Shown in pieces: positions 1 to 13,124 of a DNA stretch of 64,000 bases. Position 1 is the stretch's first letter. The number at the start of each line of letters is the position of its first letter. The stretch is from Octopus bimaculoides (lineage: Eukaryota), in the NCBI RefSeq assembly GCF_001194135.2, contig NC_068996.1:50045413-50109412 (forward strand), given 5' to 3'. The translations under genes were made by a program, and so were the position numbers. A model generated the notes under the pieces. The model saw only the letters and a list, made by a program, of their open reading frames with translations, had not been told where the DNA came from and did not search any database.

Positions 1-830
1 AGGACTTTTATCCATTTCATTAAGTAATCTTCATGACAGGTTTAAAAAATTTATTTATGAACAAATAATAATAATAATAATAATAATAATCCTTTCTATT
101 ATAGGCACAAGGCCTGAAATTTGAGGGGAGGGGGTTAGTCGATTATATCAACCCCGGTGTTTCACTGGTACTCAATTTATTGATTCCGAAAGGATGAAAG
201 GCAAAGTTGACCTCAGTGGCATTTGAAGTCAGAACGTAGCAACGGGCAAAATACCGCCAAGCATTTTGTCCAGCTTGCAATGATTCTGCCAGCTCGCCAC
301 CTTAATAATAATAATAATAACAATAAAACCAACAAATAGAAGGAAATGTAATTTCAAACATGAAATAATAAATTTTTGAAATTATATGGTGGTTGAAGGA
401 GAAATTTAATGTTTTTAAGAATTATATTTTACATACCTACAACATGAAGGATTGAATAAAAAAAAAAAAAAAGAGATGCTGCAGGTATTTCCAAGAGAGA
501 AAAAGAGATGTTAACTGAAATTCCTAAAATATCCTGATATATGAAACTTAAATAATAAAATTATCAACAATTGTCAATTCCAGAAAATGTGTATGAGTGT
601 GTGGGCATATATGTACATATATATTCTTTTACTTGTTTCAGTCATTGGACTGTGGCCATGCTGGAGCACTGCACTGAAGGGTTTTAGTTGAACAAATTGA
701 CCCCAGGACTTAGCTTTCAAGCCTCGCACTTATTCTATGGGTCACTTTTGCCGAGCTGTTATGGGGGACATGAACACACTGACACCAGTTGTCAAGTAGT
801 GATGTGGGGACAAACACAGGCACAAATAGC

Positions 831-862
<32 letters not shown>

Positions 863-2238
863 CGTGCGTGTGTGTGTGTGTGGCAGTCTTCTTTCAATTG
901 CCGTCTACCAAATCCACTCACAACGCTTTAGTTAGCATGAGATAGTAGTAGAAGACACTTGCCCAAATTGCCACACAGTGGGGCTGAACCCAAAACCATG
1001 AAGTTGGGGGAGCTAGCTTCTTACCACACAGCTATATGTAATATACACACGCATATATATATATATGTTAGTAGGAAAGGTTGAGTTCTATATCATCCAT
1101 TACTTTGTGGGTTTCCAAAGGTCAATTTCTAATAAAGATTCTTCGTATTTTCATTGGTGGTTTACTGTTGTATGAATTTTGTGAATGTGAAAATGCTACA
1201 TGCATAAGGTGTGTTATGAGAATTTATAGAACATTTATCCTATAGAAACTCAACATGGAGAAGAAAAGATGTTTCTATAGGATACTTGATCTATAAATTC
1301 TCATCACACACACACATATATATATATATATCCCTTATACACATAGGTATATAAACATACACACATATATATGTACATACATACAATATACATATCTGAC
1401 CTGGGCATGATTTTAAACGGTATCTGATAGCAGGGGTCCTGTTTTAGAAGTTCCAGAGTTTTGAAGAGTGTGAAATCACTTCTTAGCCATTACTGGTCTC
1501 AGGTTTACTCTGACCTGGAGTAGAAACACTTGTTGGAGTCCTGGCTATGGGTTAATTAGCACTTTATGGAAGAAACTTCAATGTTTTGTAAGTTCCTTGG
1601 GAAGGGAAATGACTAATGGGAGTCAACCGTGAGAAGCAAATCAAGGAGTGGAGTCTTTAGGTAGTCCAGTGCTCTCTTTGACTCCCTTCTGGCGACTCCA
1701 GAGTAGGTGGAGCTCTCCAGTCCTGTAAAGTAATTCACCTTGAAGGCCACTCCAATATAAAAACCTACAGCTTGCTTGTCACAGCAAGTGTCTCAGCCTG
1801 TTAATCCATTGAGATCAGATCTCCAAGTCTAGAGTTGGGGTCAGATTGCAAGGACTGGCTCTCACTTTAAGACTAGTGAAAAGTAGAAATAGAAACCTTG
1901 TAGGGTCAAGAAATGGTTTACATAGCCATTTGGGTGCATGTTGCTCTTCCTCATGAAAATTGAACACAGAGAAACTGCCATTATTATCATCATTATCTAC
2001 TTTAACATTCATTTTTCCATGCTGGTACCACATAAAAGCATGCGTGTAGTGCCATGTAAAAAGCACCCAGCATACTCCATAAAGTGGTTACCATTAGGAA
2101 GGGTATCCAGCTGTAGAAACCATGCTGGACCAAACTGGAGCTGAGTGCAACTCCCCAGCTTTGGTCAAACTATCCAACACCCATGCCAGCATGGACAATG
2201 GATGTTAAGTGATGACGATATATATATTTCACACACAC

Positions 2239-2284
<46 letters not shown>

Positions 2285-2315
2285 TTACATATATATATAT
2301 ATATATATATATATA

Positions 2316-2803
2316 CCATATTTGATGGCTTATAAGACGCACCTTTTTTTACCCAAGAATGGCTTAAAAAATTCCCCCTTGTTCAATGCACTCAATGTAG
2401 GCTCAAAACTCGCGACTGTTGGTCAAAGTTATACTTCAGAGGTTACGCAGATGTAGCCTAGCCTAACTCTCTATGGCATTGTAATAGCCTATTTTTTCAA
2501 AGAAAAAAAAACAACATTTGTTTATTATTATTATTTATCATCATCACAATTACTATTGCTAATATGACTATTACATATGTTGTTATTATCGCCTAAGGTA
2601 ACAAAACGTGTGCCGCCATCTACTGGTGAACAATCGCCTACAGTATGTTTATATTGAATGTGGATTCAATAAATTGCTTATAAGTACTGGTAATAACTAA
2701 GTTATACAGGTTAGTGGAGGAATTAAAACATTATTTTAGTGGCAATTTATTTTACAAAAGTATAGCCTAGGCTAGGGTGCGTCCTATAGGCCATCAAATA
2801 CAG
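2316..2803. mobile_element. MITE with 28-bp TIRs and TA flanks (Tc1/mariner-pogo-type inferred)
   Basis: Left ccatatttgatggcttataagacgcacc versus reverse complement of right end ctgtatttgatggcctataggacgcacc (24/28); TA on both sides. Confidence 0.8.
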
Positions 2804-2968
2804 TATATTTACATATATATATAAATTTACACACACACACACGGTGCCTTGTTTTCACTTATTTTGTAGCACAAAATCCAAAGCCCTCAGTAAACTCCCA
2901 TGTTAGAAATGAGTAGAATCTACCATGTTTGTCACATGTAAGGCAAACAAGACTATACAATATCAAGC

Positions 2969-3001
<33 letters not shown>

Positions 3002-4209
3002 TAATTTCTCTCATGTACACAAATTAGTAGTAATGAACTGAAAGTATGAAGAATCAATACTGCATGAGAGGTTAAATAGAGGAGTACCGTCAATGTGATA
3101 CCGATGGTTTTCATGTTAATATATTTACAATTATTCACCCATTGTTTGAATGATAACAGCAACTCTATCATCTTGTTGGGAGAAAACACACTCTTGTCTA
3201 TTATGATTACAGAGTTGCCACTATCATTCAAACAGTAAGTCAAAAAGTGTAAATGCATTAACATGAAACCATTGGTGTCATATCAACAGCACTCAACTAT
3301 AAGAAAAGTATATATGTACACACACATACACATTTTATGGCAATTTTTCACTTTAATACTATGCTTTTCTTCAGATTTATATGGAAGAAAATGAGTAAAT
3401 TTAGAATTGTCACAACTGAATTCCATTCATTCAACAAAAATTCTTGAGGAACATTTTAAATTTTACAGAATTAATATTATTTTGACTGATCAACCTGTTT
3501 TTTTTTTTAAAATCTTTTTTCTTCTTTTTGCTTACTAGTTTTTATTGAAATAAGAAAATTCAAATAAATAATTAACGATGAATTTCAAACTAAAATTCCA
3601 TTTCAGTAATTAAATGAAATTGAAAACATTTCTTGTTCTTCATAAACACCATATAAATGCACTGATCTGGATTCAAAGAACTTATCTGAATATGGTCATG
3701 ATGTAACAAAAGAATCTCCATATGTATTTGCATGTGCGTATGCACACACACACACACATTTGCAGAAATACCATCATCACTAATATCAACTTTTCCATGC
3801 ATACATGGATTGGGCAAAGTTTATTGAGGCAGATTTTCTATGGTTGAATGCTCTTCCTGTCACCAACCAAGGTAATATTTCCTCCATGGCGAGAGAGTGA
3901 ACATTGGAAACGAATGACACTGCTTGTAATACAAGGGCAATCATTTCACAATTATCACATGATATGAAGACAAAAGAAACACAAATATATACACATTCAC
4001 ATACATACACACAAACTCACACATATACGACGAGCTTCTTTACAATTTCTATCAACCAAATCCACTCAGCAAGGCTTTGGTCAACTTAAAGCTAGAGTAG
4101 AAGACACTTGTCCAAGGTATCATGCAGTAAGATTGAACCTGAAACCATGTAGATGAGAAGCAATCTTCTCAACCAAAAGCCACTCATGCCTATTGCGTAT
4201 GTATGTATA

Positions 4210-5130
4210 CAGACATGACAGAAGTAAATAGACACCCCATAAAACATCGTTTTATGTTTATTCTAATTTGTAAAGGTTTATATTTTTTATTAATTGACAT
4301 TTTTATGTTTCAGGTTCTATATGTGACTGTTTAATCATGCCATGTACAAAAGAAGCCTTGGAACTGTCTGAATTTCAAAATGGCCGTATTGTGGTTCATT
4401 CTGAAGGTGGACATAGCATAAAATTGCAGAAAACTTTGGGGATCCCACTTCCTATAGTTAATAGAGTGATTGTAAAATTCACCAGAGAGAGGATGGAGTT
4501 CAAATCACCTCGACCAGGGCCCTCTGACAGTACCTTTCTTTTTGTTAAGAGAAGACACTTGTCCAAGGTATCATGCAGTAAGATAATCCTCCTTGCAAGG
4601 CCTCTGACATAGCAGAACAAGTTGATGTCAATCTCAGAACAGCTGTCAGTTATCTCCACAAACTTGGTAACTATGGCAGAGCAGCAAGAAGGAAGTTACT
4701 TTTTCAACCAGCCAACATCAAGCAGAGGAAAGATTGGGCTAGTGAGATGGTGGAGAGGCCACTTGCATTTTGGGACATTGTCATATGTTACTATGGCAGA
4801 GCAGCAAGAAGGAAGCCACTTCTTCAGCCAGCCAACATCAAGCAGAGAAAAGATTGGGCCAGTGAGATGGTGGAGAGGCCACTTGCATTTTGGGACACTG
4901 TCATATTCTCTGATGAGTCCAGATTTCGTATATTTTCTGACAGTGGTCGAGTGTGAACCTGGAGACTGTGATCAACAATTTGATGTGAAAAGATTGCAGC
5001 CAACAATGAAACACAGCAGCTATTCTGTGATGGTCTGGGGAGCAATTTGGAGCAATGGTTGATCAGAGCTGGTGGAATGTTAGGGATAACAATTGGAAAA
5101 TACCACATGGTGAACAGAAAATTGGTCGCA
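4210..5130 (+). mobile_element. Degenerate Tc1-family transposon (transposase pseudogene), cut by N gap
   Basis: TA-CAG terminus; ORF fragments with HTH ([26 protein letters not shown]), FWDTVIFSDESRF and SVMVWGAIW motifs. Confidence 0.85.
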
Positions 5131-5608
5131 NNNNNNNNNNNNNNNNNNNNNNNNNNNNNNNNNNNNNNNNNNNNNNNNNNNNNNNNNNNNNNNNNNNNNN
5201 NNNNNNNNNNNNNNNNNNNNNNNNNNNNNNNNNNNNNNNNNNNNNNNNNNNNNNNNNNNNNNNNNNNNNNNNNNNNNNNNNNNNNNNNNNNNNNNNNNNN
5301 NNNNNNNNNNNNNNNNNNNNNNNNNNNNNNNNNNNNNNNNNNNNNNNNNNNNNNNNNNNNNNNNNNNNNNNNNNNNNNNNNNNNNNNNNNNNNNNNNNNN
5401 NNNNNNNNNNNNNNNNNNNNNNNNNNNNNNNNNNNNNNNNNNNNNNNNNNNNNNNNNNNNNNNNNNNNNNNNNNNNNNNNNNNNNNNNNNNNNNNNNNNN
5501 NNNNNNNNNNNNNNNNNNNNNNNNNNNNNNNNNNNNNNNNNNNNNNNNNNNNNNNNNNNNNNNNNNNNNNNNNNNNNNNNNNNNNNNNNNNNNNNNNNNN
5601 NNNNNNNG

Positions 5609-6990
5609 AACAAGCATTGGAGATTGGTGGCACTGCTCATGGAGGTTGGTGATGGTGCAAAGGTGGTATATCCAGGTTGTTGGCAGCCAGTGGTGTGAAA
5701 TTCACCAGTAGGGCATACCTCTGGTGATGGCAATAGGACAGATCATACTTCTTGTTGATGGATACTACAGGTTGGTAGAAGATGCGCAGTTTTTCGTGGA
5801 GGCAGAGCTGGTAAATAGGGGTGCCAGGTGAATATGGTAGTGCCTTGTCAACAACAATCCACTTGATACTGGGTGCTTCATCTCAGAGGTCACAGACAAA
5901 GCAAGACAAGTAAGTAGAGTCCTCTCTATCCCTGGATCTGAATGAGTGCCTGTGCTGGGAGTATCACCCCTTGAAGTCATTGGCTGTCATACCTATATAG
6001 TACCTAATCAGCTGGTGTAAGAGTGGCTCTGTATAATATGGCCCTTGAGAGGCAGGATCCTTCTAGAGGGCAGGTCATGGAGTTTCGGCAGTTGCAGGTT
6101 GGAATTGGGGTTGTGTGCATATTTTAGTCTGTTGATGTGTACGATGTCTAAGCAGTAGCTCACCATGACATTATGGGGGTTGAAAAACTTGTAATATTTA
6201 TGGCCTCTGGGGAAATGTTTCTTAATTAACAACAGGAAGCCTCTAGCTATGTTAGTAGAAACTTCTAGGTTGAATGGGGAGGGGTTTAAACTAAATAATT
6301 TTCATAATCCTCTTGGGGTGAGGGGAGGGGGTCTGGAGATCATCCACATACATCAACCTCTCAGTAAAGCTGTGCCTAGCTGAAGCATCATTGTAGTGGA
6401 GGTGGCCTTATTAAAGATCTCCCTGTTGGCTGAGAGTTTAGACACCTATTTTCTAATACCTAAAACCAAGTTTCTAGAACAGGTGATGGTGGTGGAGAGT
6501 CACCTCGTGTGGATGCATACCATTCCTTAATTAGGCTTCCTGTAGGGGTAGTACTTACCCATGTTCAGGTCTAAAGTTATGTCCAAGAAATTGACCATAG
6601 TCAGGTTGGTGATAACCATTATGGACAGGATGAACTCTTTGAATATCTTTTTTATCAAGTCCTTCCTGAACCTGTTCATGGTGTGGCCATTCATATGGCT
6701 TAAGATAGCCAGGCTGTCATCCCTATAGAGAGCTATCCTATGTGGATGTGGATGTTTCTTGAGGGTGTCCTAAATGTATAACCTGACAAGATTGGCGATT
6801 TCAGCCCAGTCAAAACTCCCCATACAGATATCAAACAACAGATTGCCTTCTTTCTTCATCCAGAAGGAATCATTGTGGACCAGAATTGACTTTTTGGTAT
6901 TCGTGATGAAAGCATAGAGTGCAGGTCACTATCCATCAAGTTGAGATCCACCATAAACAAATCCACACCATCACTATTTATTCCTGCTAG
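5609..6990 (-). mobile_element. Penelope-like retroelement remnant (RT plus GIY-YIG endonuclease), frameshifted
   Basis: Minus-strand fragments FDICMGSFDWAEIANLV, LYRDDSL, NFLDITLDL..YYPYRKPN, PPFN..IKKHFPRGHKYYKFFN..VSY and YYIGMTANDFK. Confidence 0.85.
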
Positions 6991-7020
6991 GATTTCCTTT
7001 GGCACATTGTGTGTGTCCGT

Positions 7021-7066
<46 letters not shown>

Positions 7067-7418
7067 TGTGTTCTTGAGCAAGACACCTTACTTCACTCAG
7101 CTGTAGAAATGAAATGCAACATCACTGGTGCCAAGCTGTATCGGCCCCTTTGCCTTTCCCTTGGAAAAGATTGGCAGCATGGAGAGGGGAGGCTGGTATG
7201 CATGGGCAACTGGTGGTCTTCCAAAAACAACCTTGCCTGGATTTGTGCCTCAGAGGGGAACTTTCTATATGCAATGCCATGGCCATTCATGACCAAAGGG
7301 GTCTTTATTTAATATATATATATATAAATATAATTAAGGGATCAGCAAATATTTGCTTCACCATATACCGAAGTTCAGAAATAGCAGCTAAAAAAGCTGA
7401 GAATCCTTTACCCTTTTA

Positions 7419-7470
<52 letters not shown>

Positions 7471-9081
7471 ATATATATCCTTCTAATATCAACAGAACCT
7501 ACTGTACATAGATTTTTCCTTATGTCAATATATTACATGCATAGGATGGCAAGCTGGCAGAATCGTTACCGTGCTGGGCAAAATGCTTTGAGGCATTTCG
7601 TCCAACTTCGAGTTCAAATTCTGCCAAGGTCAACTTTGTCTTTCATCCTTTTCAGGAATCAATAAAATAAGTATAAGTTGAGCAGGAGTGGGGGTGGGGT
7701 GGATTTAATCGACTTAACCTCCTCCCCTAAAATTGCTGGCTTTGTCTCAAAATTTGAAACCAATGTATTACATCCATGCACACACATTTACCTACACACA
7801 TACATGCACGCATGCACACAAACCCGTTACAGTCATTAATATGCAAAGGCTTATGTGGTACAAAAAGTTGTTTTGTTTTTTTTTTCCTTCCTCCTCTCTC
7901 TGCCATTATGCATCTCGTATATTTTCATTTGACTCTCAGACTCTGAAGCACATAGGTACAAGTTACTATCAAAAAGAAAAAAAAAAAAAGAAACATTACT
8001 TTTTTTTTTTTAACATCCTGTCTAGGTTGAGTTAACCTAACAGAAGAATGCAAGCATTTTTACTTGACCAAAATAGAAGGGAAGGTAAATGGTGTCCATC
8101 TGTCCACCTGAATAATTCACAATCACCCGTCCTTTGCTTTACACACACACACATCAGTGTCAGTCTGGACACTGCTATACATTTTCAAAATACAAATTTA
8201 CTTGTGAGTAGGATTTTTTCCCTCAATCATAAGAACCATTGGTTTTTTTTTTAACTATACCAATTCTATACAAAGAGAATTGTAAGTCTCAAAGCCATAT
8301 AGAGTAAAATGCTTTACCCAAGGCCAGATGAAAACCCTTCACCCTAATGTATTTTTATCCTGCTCAGACAAGGTAAAAAAAACAAAACAAAAAAAAAAAA
8401 ACATGTACAACCAAACACAACTATTATTCATAACATTCATCACAAAATAATGCTCAAAGTTTTCAAGAATATTTTCAATATAAGTTTAGAAAAAGAAACT
8501 GCAATTAAATCTTATGAAAAAAAACAATGATTGTCAAATACTTACAAAAAAAAAAAATTTCCCTCAAGAAAAGATAGTATACTTTTTGCTAATCAAAACC
8601 ACATGTGCATGAATGTGTGAAGATAAATTTAAGAGGAAGTTGATGATTATTATGTATACATACATATACACACACATATGTATATACACACATATGTATA
8701 TACATACATATATATATATACATATACAAATATTTACATGAAGTTAAATATATATATATGGTCATAGAGTGATCAATGTTTTTGCATCCACAAAGTGCTT
8801 AGCTTTACAGAAGATACATTAGACTCTAATGACCTCACTTATATGCCCATGGCCATTGGAGTCTGATGCATTGTCTATAAAGCGCTTTATGGGTGCGAAA
8901 CCATTGGTCATTATGACTGGATATATATTTAACTTCATGTAACTACATTACTGCTCTAACTTTTAGAGCGTGCTTCTTTTTCTGTTATATGATTAACTGA
9001 GAATATTTAACGTCCGCTTTCCATGCTAGCATGGGTTGGATATATATATATGTATATATATATGTGTGTGTATGTATGTGC

Positions 9082-9112
<31 letters not shown>

Positions 9113-9127
9113 NNNNNNNNNNTATAT

Positions 9128-9158
<31 letters not shown>

Positions 9159-9297
9159 CACACACACAAACAAGGTGTGGGGATGTGTATGCATTTGTGT
9201 CAATGATAACAAGTTGTGTTTGCACACACGTGTCATGAGCTGCCTTATATTTTTAAATTTAAAAAAAAAAAATTTTTTTTTGTTTTTTTTGATAGTT

Positions 9298-9507
9298 TCA
9301 AAGTTTCCATGGTAACGTCCTGATTTGTTGTAGACCAGTGTTCTCTTCCTCAGTGGAAGAGTTCCTAGCAGACACCATAGCTGCGGCAGCTTGAGTTGTT
9401 CCAGCAGCAGATGCATCGGACGCAGCAACTTTTTCAGCAAGTTCAGCAAATTTGCTCACATAGTCCATACTGTTTTCATTCATAATCATCTGTAACGTGG
9501 TATCCAA
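9298..9507 (-). CDS. CRAMP1: CRAMP1 last coding exon (LDTTLQMIMNENSMDYVSKFAELAEKV...LPWKL*)
   Basis: atcttacag|TTG, stop TGA at 9298-9300; conserved C-terminal NENS.DY.S.F..LA motif. Confidence 0.92.
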   Translation of the reverse strand: MDTTLQMIMNENSMDYVSKFAELAEKVAASDASAAGTTQAAAAMVSARNSSTEEENTGLQQIRTLPWKL

Positions 9508-9689
9508 CTGTAAGATATTAAATATAACATACAACATAAATAAATGTGAGAGAATATGAAATGGAAATCTAATCTGGTGGGGAGAAGTCTACAATTTTTA
9601 GCTCATAATCCTACATCTCTTTAGTTGAGTTGGAGTGGGGGCGCTTTGTATTGTGAGTTACTTGGTGATCTTGGCAACTAAATTTGACG

Positions 9690-10112
9690 ACTGGCACCCA
9701 TGCCGACATTGTCTCCTTCATTGGACACGAAACTTAGCTTGCGAAGACCTGTTGGGGCAAGCGAAAGCGAAATCGTGATGGCACCTGTACCCAGCATCGC
9801 CTTCCTGGCACGTGTAAAGACATTTGAGCGAGATCATTGCCAGTACCGCTGGACTGGCTCCTGTGCAGGTGGCACATAAAATACACCATTTTGAGCGTGG
9901 CCGTTGCCAGTACCGCCTGACTGGCCCTCGTGCTGGTGACACGTAAAAGCACCCACTACACTCTCGGAGTGGTTGGCATTAGGAAGGGCATCCAGCTGTA
10001 GAAACTCTGCCAAATCAGATTGGAGCTTGGTGTAGCCTTCTGGTTCACCAGTCCTCAGTCAAATCGTCCAACCCATGCTAGCATGGAAAGCGGACGTTAA
10101 ACGATGATGATG
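9690..10112 (+). mobile_element. Young copy of the (GAT)n-tailed retroposon family B (SINE or RTE 3' end)
   Basis: Ends catgctagcatggaaagcggacgttaaacgatgatgatga; near-identical to copies at 17524, 29578, 35516 and 49575; CpGs intact. Confidence 0.85.
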
Positions 10113-11520
10113 AATAAACCCCATTCACAAACATACAATCATCAACATAATTATATAACCACTAACTGAAAACTTAAACTCACTGCCATTCAACAATACT
10201 CTAGCCAAAATTACTGGACCTGAAATAGGAGCCTCCACACTTTGTGAAATGGTTGGCATTTAAAAGAGCACCCAGTACACTCTGTAAAAGTGGTTGGCCT
10301 AAGGAAAAGAACCCAGCTGTAGAAGCCATAGGCATGCTCCTCTGGCTCATCAGTTCCTGTTGAACCACTCAATGCATGGAAAACAGATGTTAAATAATGA
10401 TGATGAAGAAGATTTTAAGAATTCTACATCCACGACTAATGAATAGTTTGGAGGATAAAATGACTACTGTTTTAACTTATATTACTATAATTTTCACAAT
10501 TAAGAAATATATCCACTTCCTGGTTGATGAAAGACTTCACCTCTGATATACAAAGCTGCTGAAATACTTATTAATTACACATTTAGAGCAGTGAAGTTCC
10601 CCTATATAACCCTTTTGTTAACATATTTCTCCTGAATTATACATCATTATTAAGCTGGTGTTTGGAATGTAAATAAACACAAAATTTTGATGGCTATTCT
10701 AAGTCAACTACAGTCTGTGTCCTCATTTCATTTGGTCCATCATTACTAAAGCAAAAACTTTTTGTTTTCCTCACCAATCTTTGGTTGACAAACTAATAAA
10801 ATTCACTATCGAAAATGTCTCAGTAAAAGTCTATTTTTTTTGTAGCGGCATCAATTGAATTAATTTTTTATGGCTTCGTGTTTAAGAAGTTCCACTTCCC
10901 AAATATGTAGTTAGAGCTTCAGTCCCATTGTGTGGTATCAGAGCTTTGTGAGTGGATTAGATGGAAATTAAAAAAAGCTGCTGTGCATGCGTGTGTCTGG
11001 GACCACTTGTCATAACATTGTGTGATGACTGTAAACGAGGACCACAGTCAAAGAAGTGGTGTTGTTCGTTTCTAATTTTCTTTGGAAACAGCTGACCATG
11101 GGGAAATATTACCTTCGTTGGAAGCAGGTGCAAAAGGCTCTTGATTGTAGAAAATTTGCTCCAACAAGTGCTGTTTGGCCCATGGAAACACGGAAAAAAG
11201 GACATTAAAAGCAGCAGTAACTGGCAGCAATCATGATAAAGTTAATCAGTAATTCAGATATTCAGTTTCAATATTTAAGTTGCTCAATCTCCCACTGACT
11301 TGGATAAGCTCATCCTTCAATCAATGTAGAGTAGAGGCAAGAAGTGAAACGACCAAGTTCACAAAATATTAGATTAACAGCTTAAAAACCAGTTTGAAAT
11401 TCAACACAAGTATTTTGTTGCTGTCTTGCTGTCAGAAAACATTATTTGTTAAATGCACAGACTCCCTCAAATGCTTAGGGGTGGGGTGGAGGATCGTTAG
11501 ATGTTGTAGTTAGCTTTTGT

Positions 11521-12285
11521 TATCTAGAAGACCAAGTTAGCAGTGGTGGAGGAAGTTCTGAAAGTGTATTTGCTAGAATAAGAACAGGCTGGGCAAAATT
11601 CAGAGAGTTTCTATCTTTGTTGGTAACTAAGAGTTTCTCCCTCAAAGTGAAAGGCAGGTTGTATGATGCCTGTGTATATGAAGCTATGTTACATGGCAGT
11701 GAAACATGGGCTTTGACTACAGAGGACTTGTGAAGGATTGAAAGAAATGAATTTAGCATGCTCTTCTGGATGGGTAATATCAGTGTGCACACACAACAGA
11801 GTGTAAATGATTTAAGAGGAAAACTGGATATAAGAGGCATCAGGTGATGTGTGCAAGAGAGAAGACTGTGCTGGTTTAGCCATGTGATGCATATGGATGA
11901 GGACAGCTATGTAAAGAAGTACCGAGTTCTAATTGTGGAGGGTACCTGTGGAAGGGGTAGAACCAGATAAACATAGGACAAAGTAGTGAAAAAGGATCTT
12001 CAGATGCTAGGCCTTGCTGAGAAAATGACAAGGGATTTGGAAATGTGGTGATCTGCTGTACTTGACAAGACACGTCAAGCTAAGTGAAATCGCTGTCTTC
12101 CACACATACGGGCTTGTCCTTTGCAGGTGCCAGTGCTACATAAAAAAGCACACTTTGTTAAGTGGTTGGCATCAGGAAGAGCATCCAGTCATAGAAACCA
12201 TGTCACAACAGACAATTGGTGTTTGAACAGCTCCATGTCAAACCATTCAACCCTTGCCAGCATGGAAAGTTGACGTTCAAACTAG
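11521..12285 (+). mobile_element. 5'-truncated RTE-clade LINE (RT C-terminus plus 3'UTR)
   Basis: Translates as ARIRTGWAKFRE..KGRLYDACV..MLHGSETWAL..RRLCWFSHVMHM..EGTCGRGR with stops, followed by the repeat body ending gcatggaaagttgacgtt. Confidence 0.85.
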
Positions 12286-12950
12286 TAGATTCTCCTCTTA
12301 TTTACCCCAAACACTTTTAATTAGAAGCTAATGATTGTTGTTGTTCAGCCCCAGGTCAATCCTGATCAAACCAAAGGCCCCAGGTTCAAACATGTTCCAG
12401 TTCAGTTACATTATGCAATATGTCATTCAAAATTTAAAACCCAGCTGGATATGATTTGAGGAAGATTTGGCTGTTATTCCTCATGTGTCAAACAACTGCT
12501 TAGAAGCTCTCTTCAATAAGCCAATTTGCAATTCTCCAAGGCATGAGAAGCTCCAGCAAATTTCCCAATTTCATTGTCAAGCAGAATCACATGCTTAATA
12601 CATACTAGTGTGGTCCATTCATTAAATGAAAAAAAGAAACCCCTATTGTCATTAATAAAGGCATTAATTCCTTTAAACCTTTTTCCTATTTCTCTTAACA
12701 AAAATAAAAATTAATTTCTAATTAATTGGCAAAAAAAAGAAAAAAAAAAGAAAGAAAGGTTTAAAGCAACATTCTTCTTAATGTCTATTTGCAAGAACGA
12801 AATAGCACATCTCCAATGTAAATATATTTTAATTCGATCTATGCATCTTTCTACTGCTTTCTTCTGCAATTCTGTTTCTTGTGTTTTCATAATAGGAGTA
12901 AAAAAAAAAAAAAGAGAGAGAGAGAGAGATAGATAGATAAAGATACTTAC

Positions 12951-13124
12951 ATCCATTCTTGATGTTGAAGAATCTCGAGACCAATCATTGAACAAACTAT
13001 TAAGTGTAAGGTTGCTGTTGCTGTTGCTGGTGGTGCTTACAGTGTTATTTGGCAAAGTTTCAGAAGTAGAAACCCTCTTAATCGGTGAGTCATTCAGAAG
13101 GCTGCCAAGAGAGAGATCACTCAT
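12951..13124 (-). CDS. CRAMP1: CRAMP1 visible coding exon 16 (MSDLSLGSLLNDSPIK...SLFNDWSRDSSTSRMD)
   Basis: ctttttcag|ATG...GAT|gtaagt; 174 nt, phase 0 to 0. Confidence 0.9.

Noticed and set aside
4824-5733. Long ORFs spanning N gaps (also 38351-38912, 51475-52654, 56361-57242)
   Set aside because: Their length comes from Ns and (AT)n microsatellites, not coding sequence.
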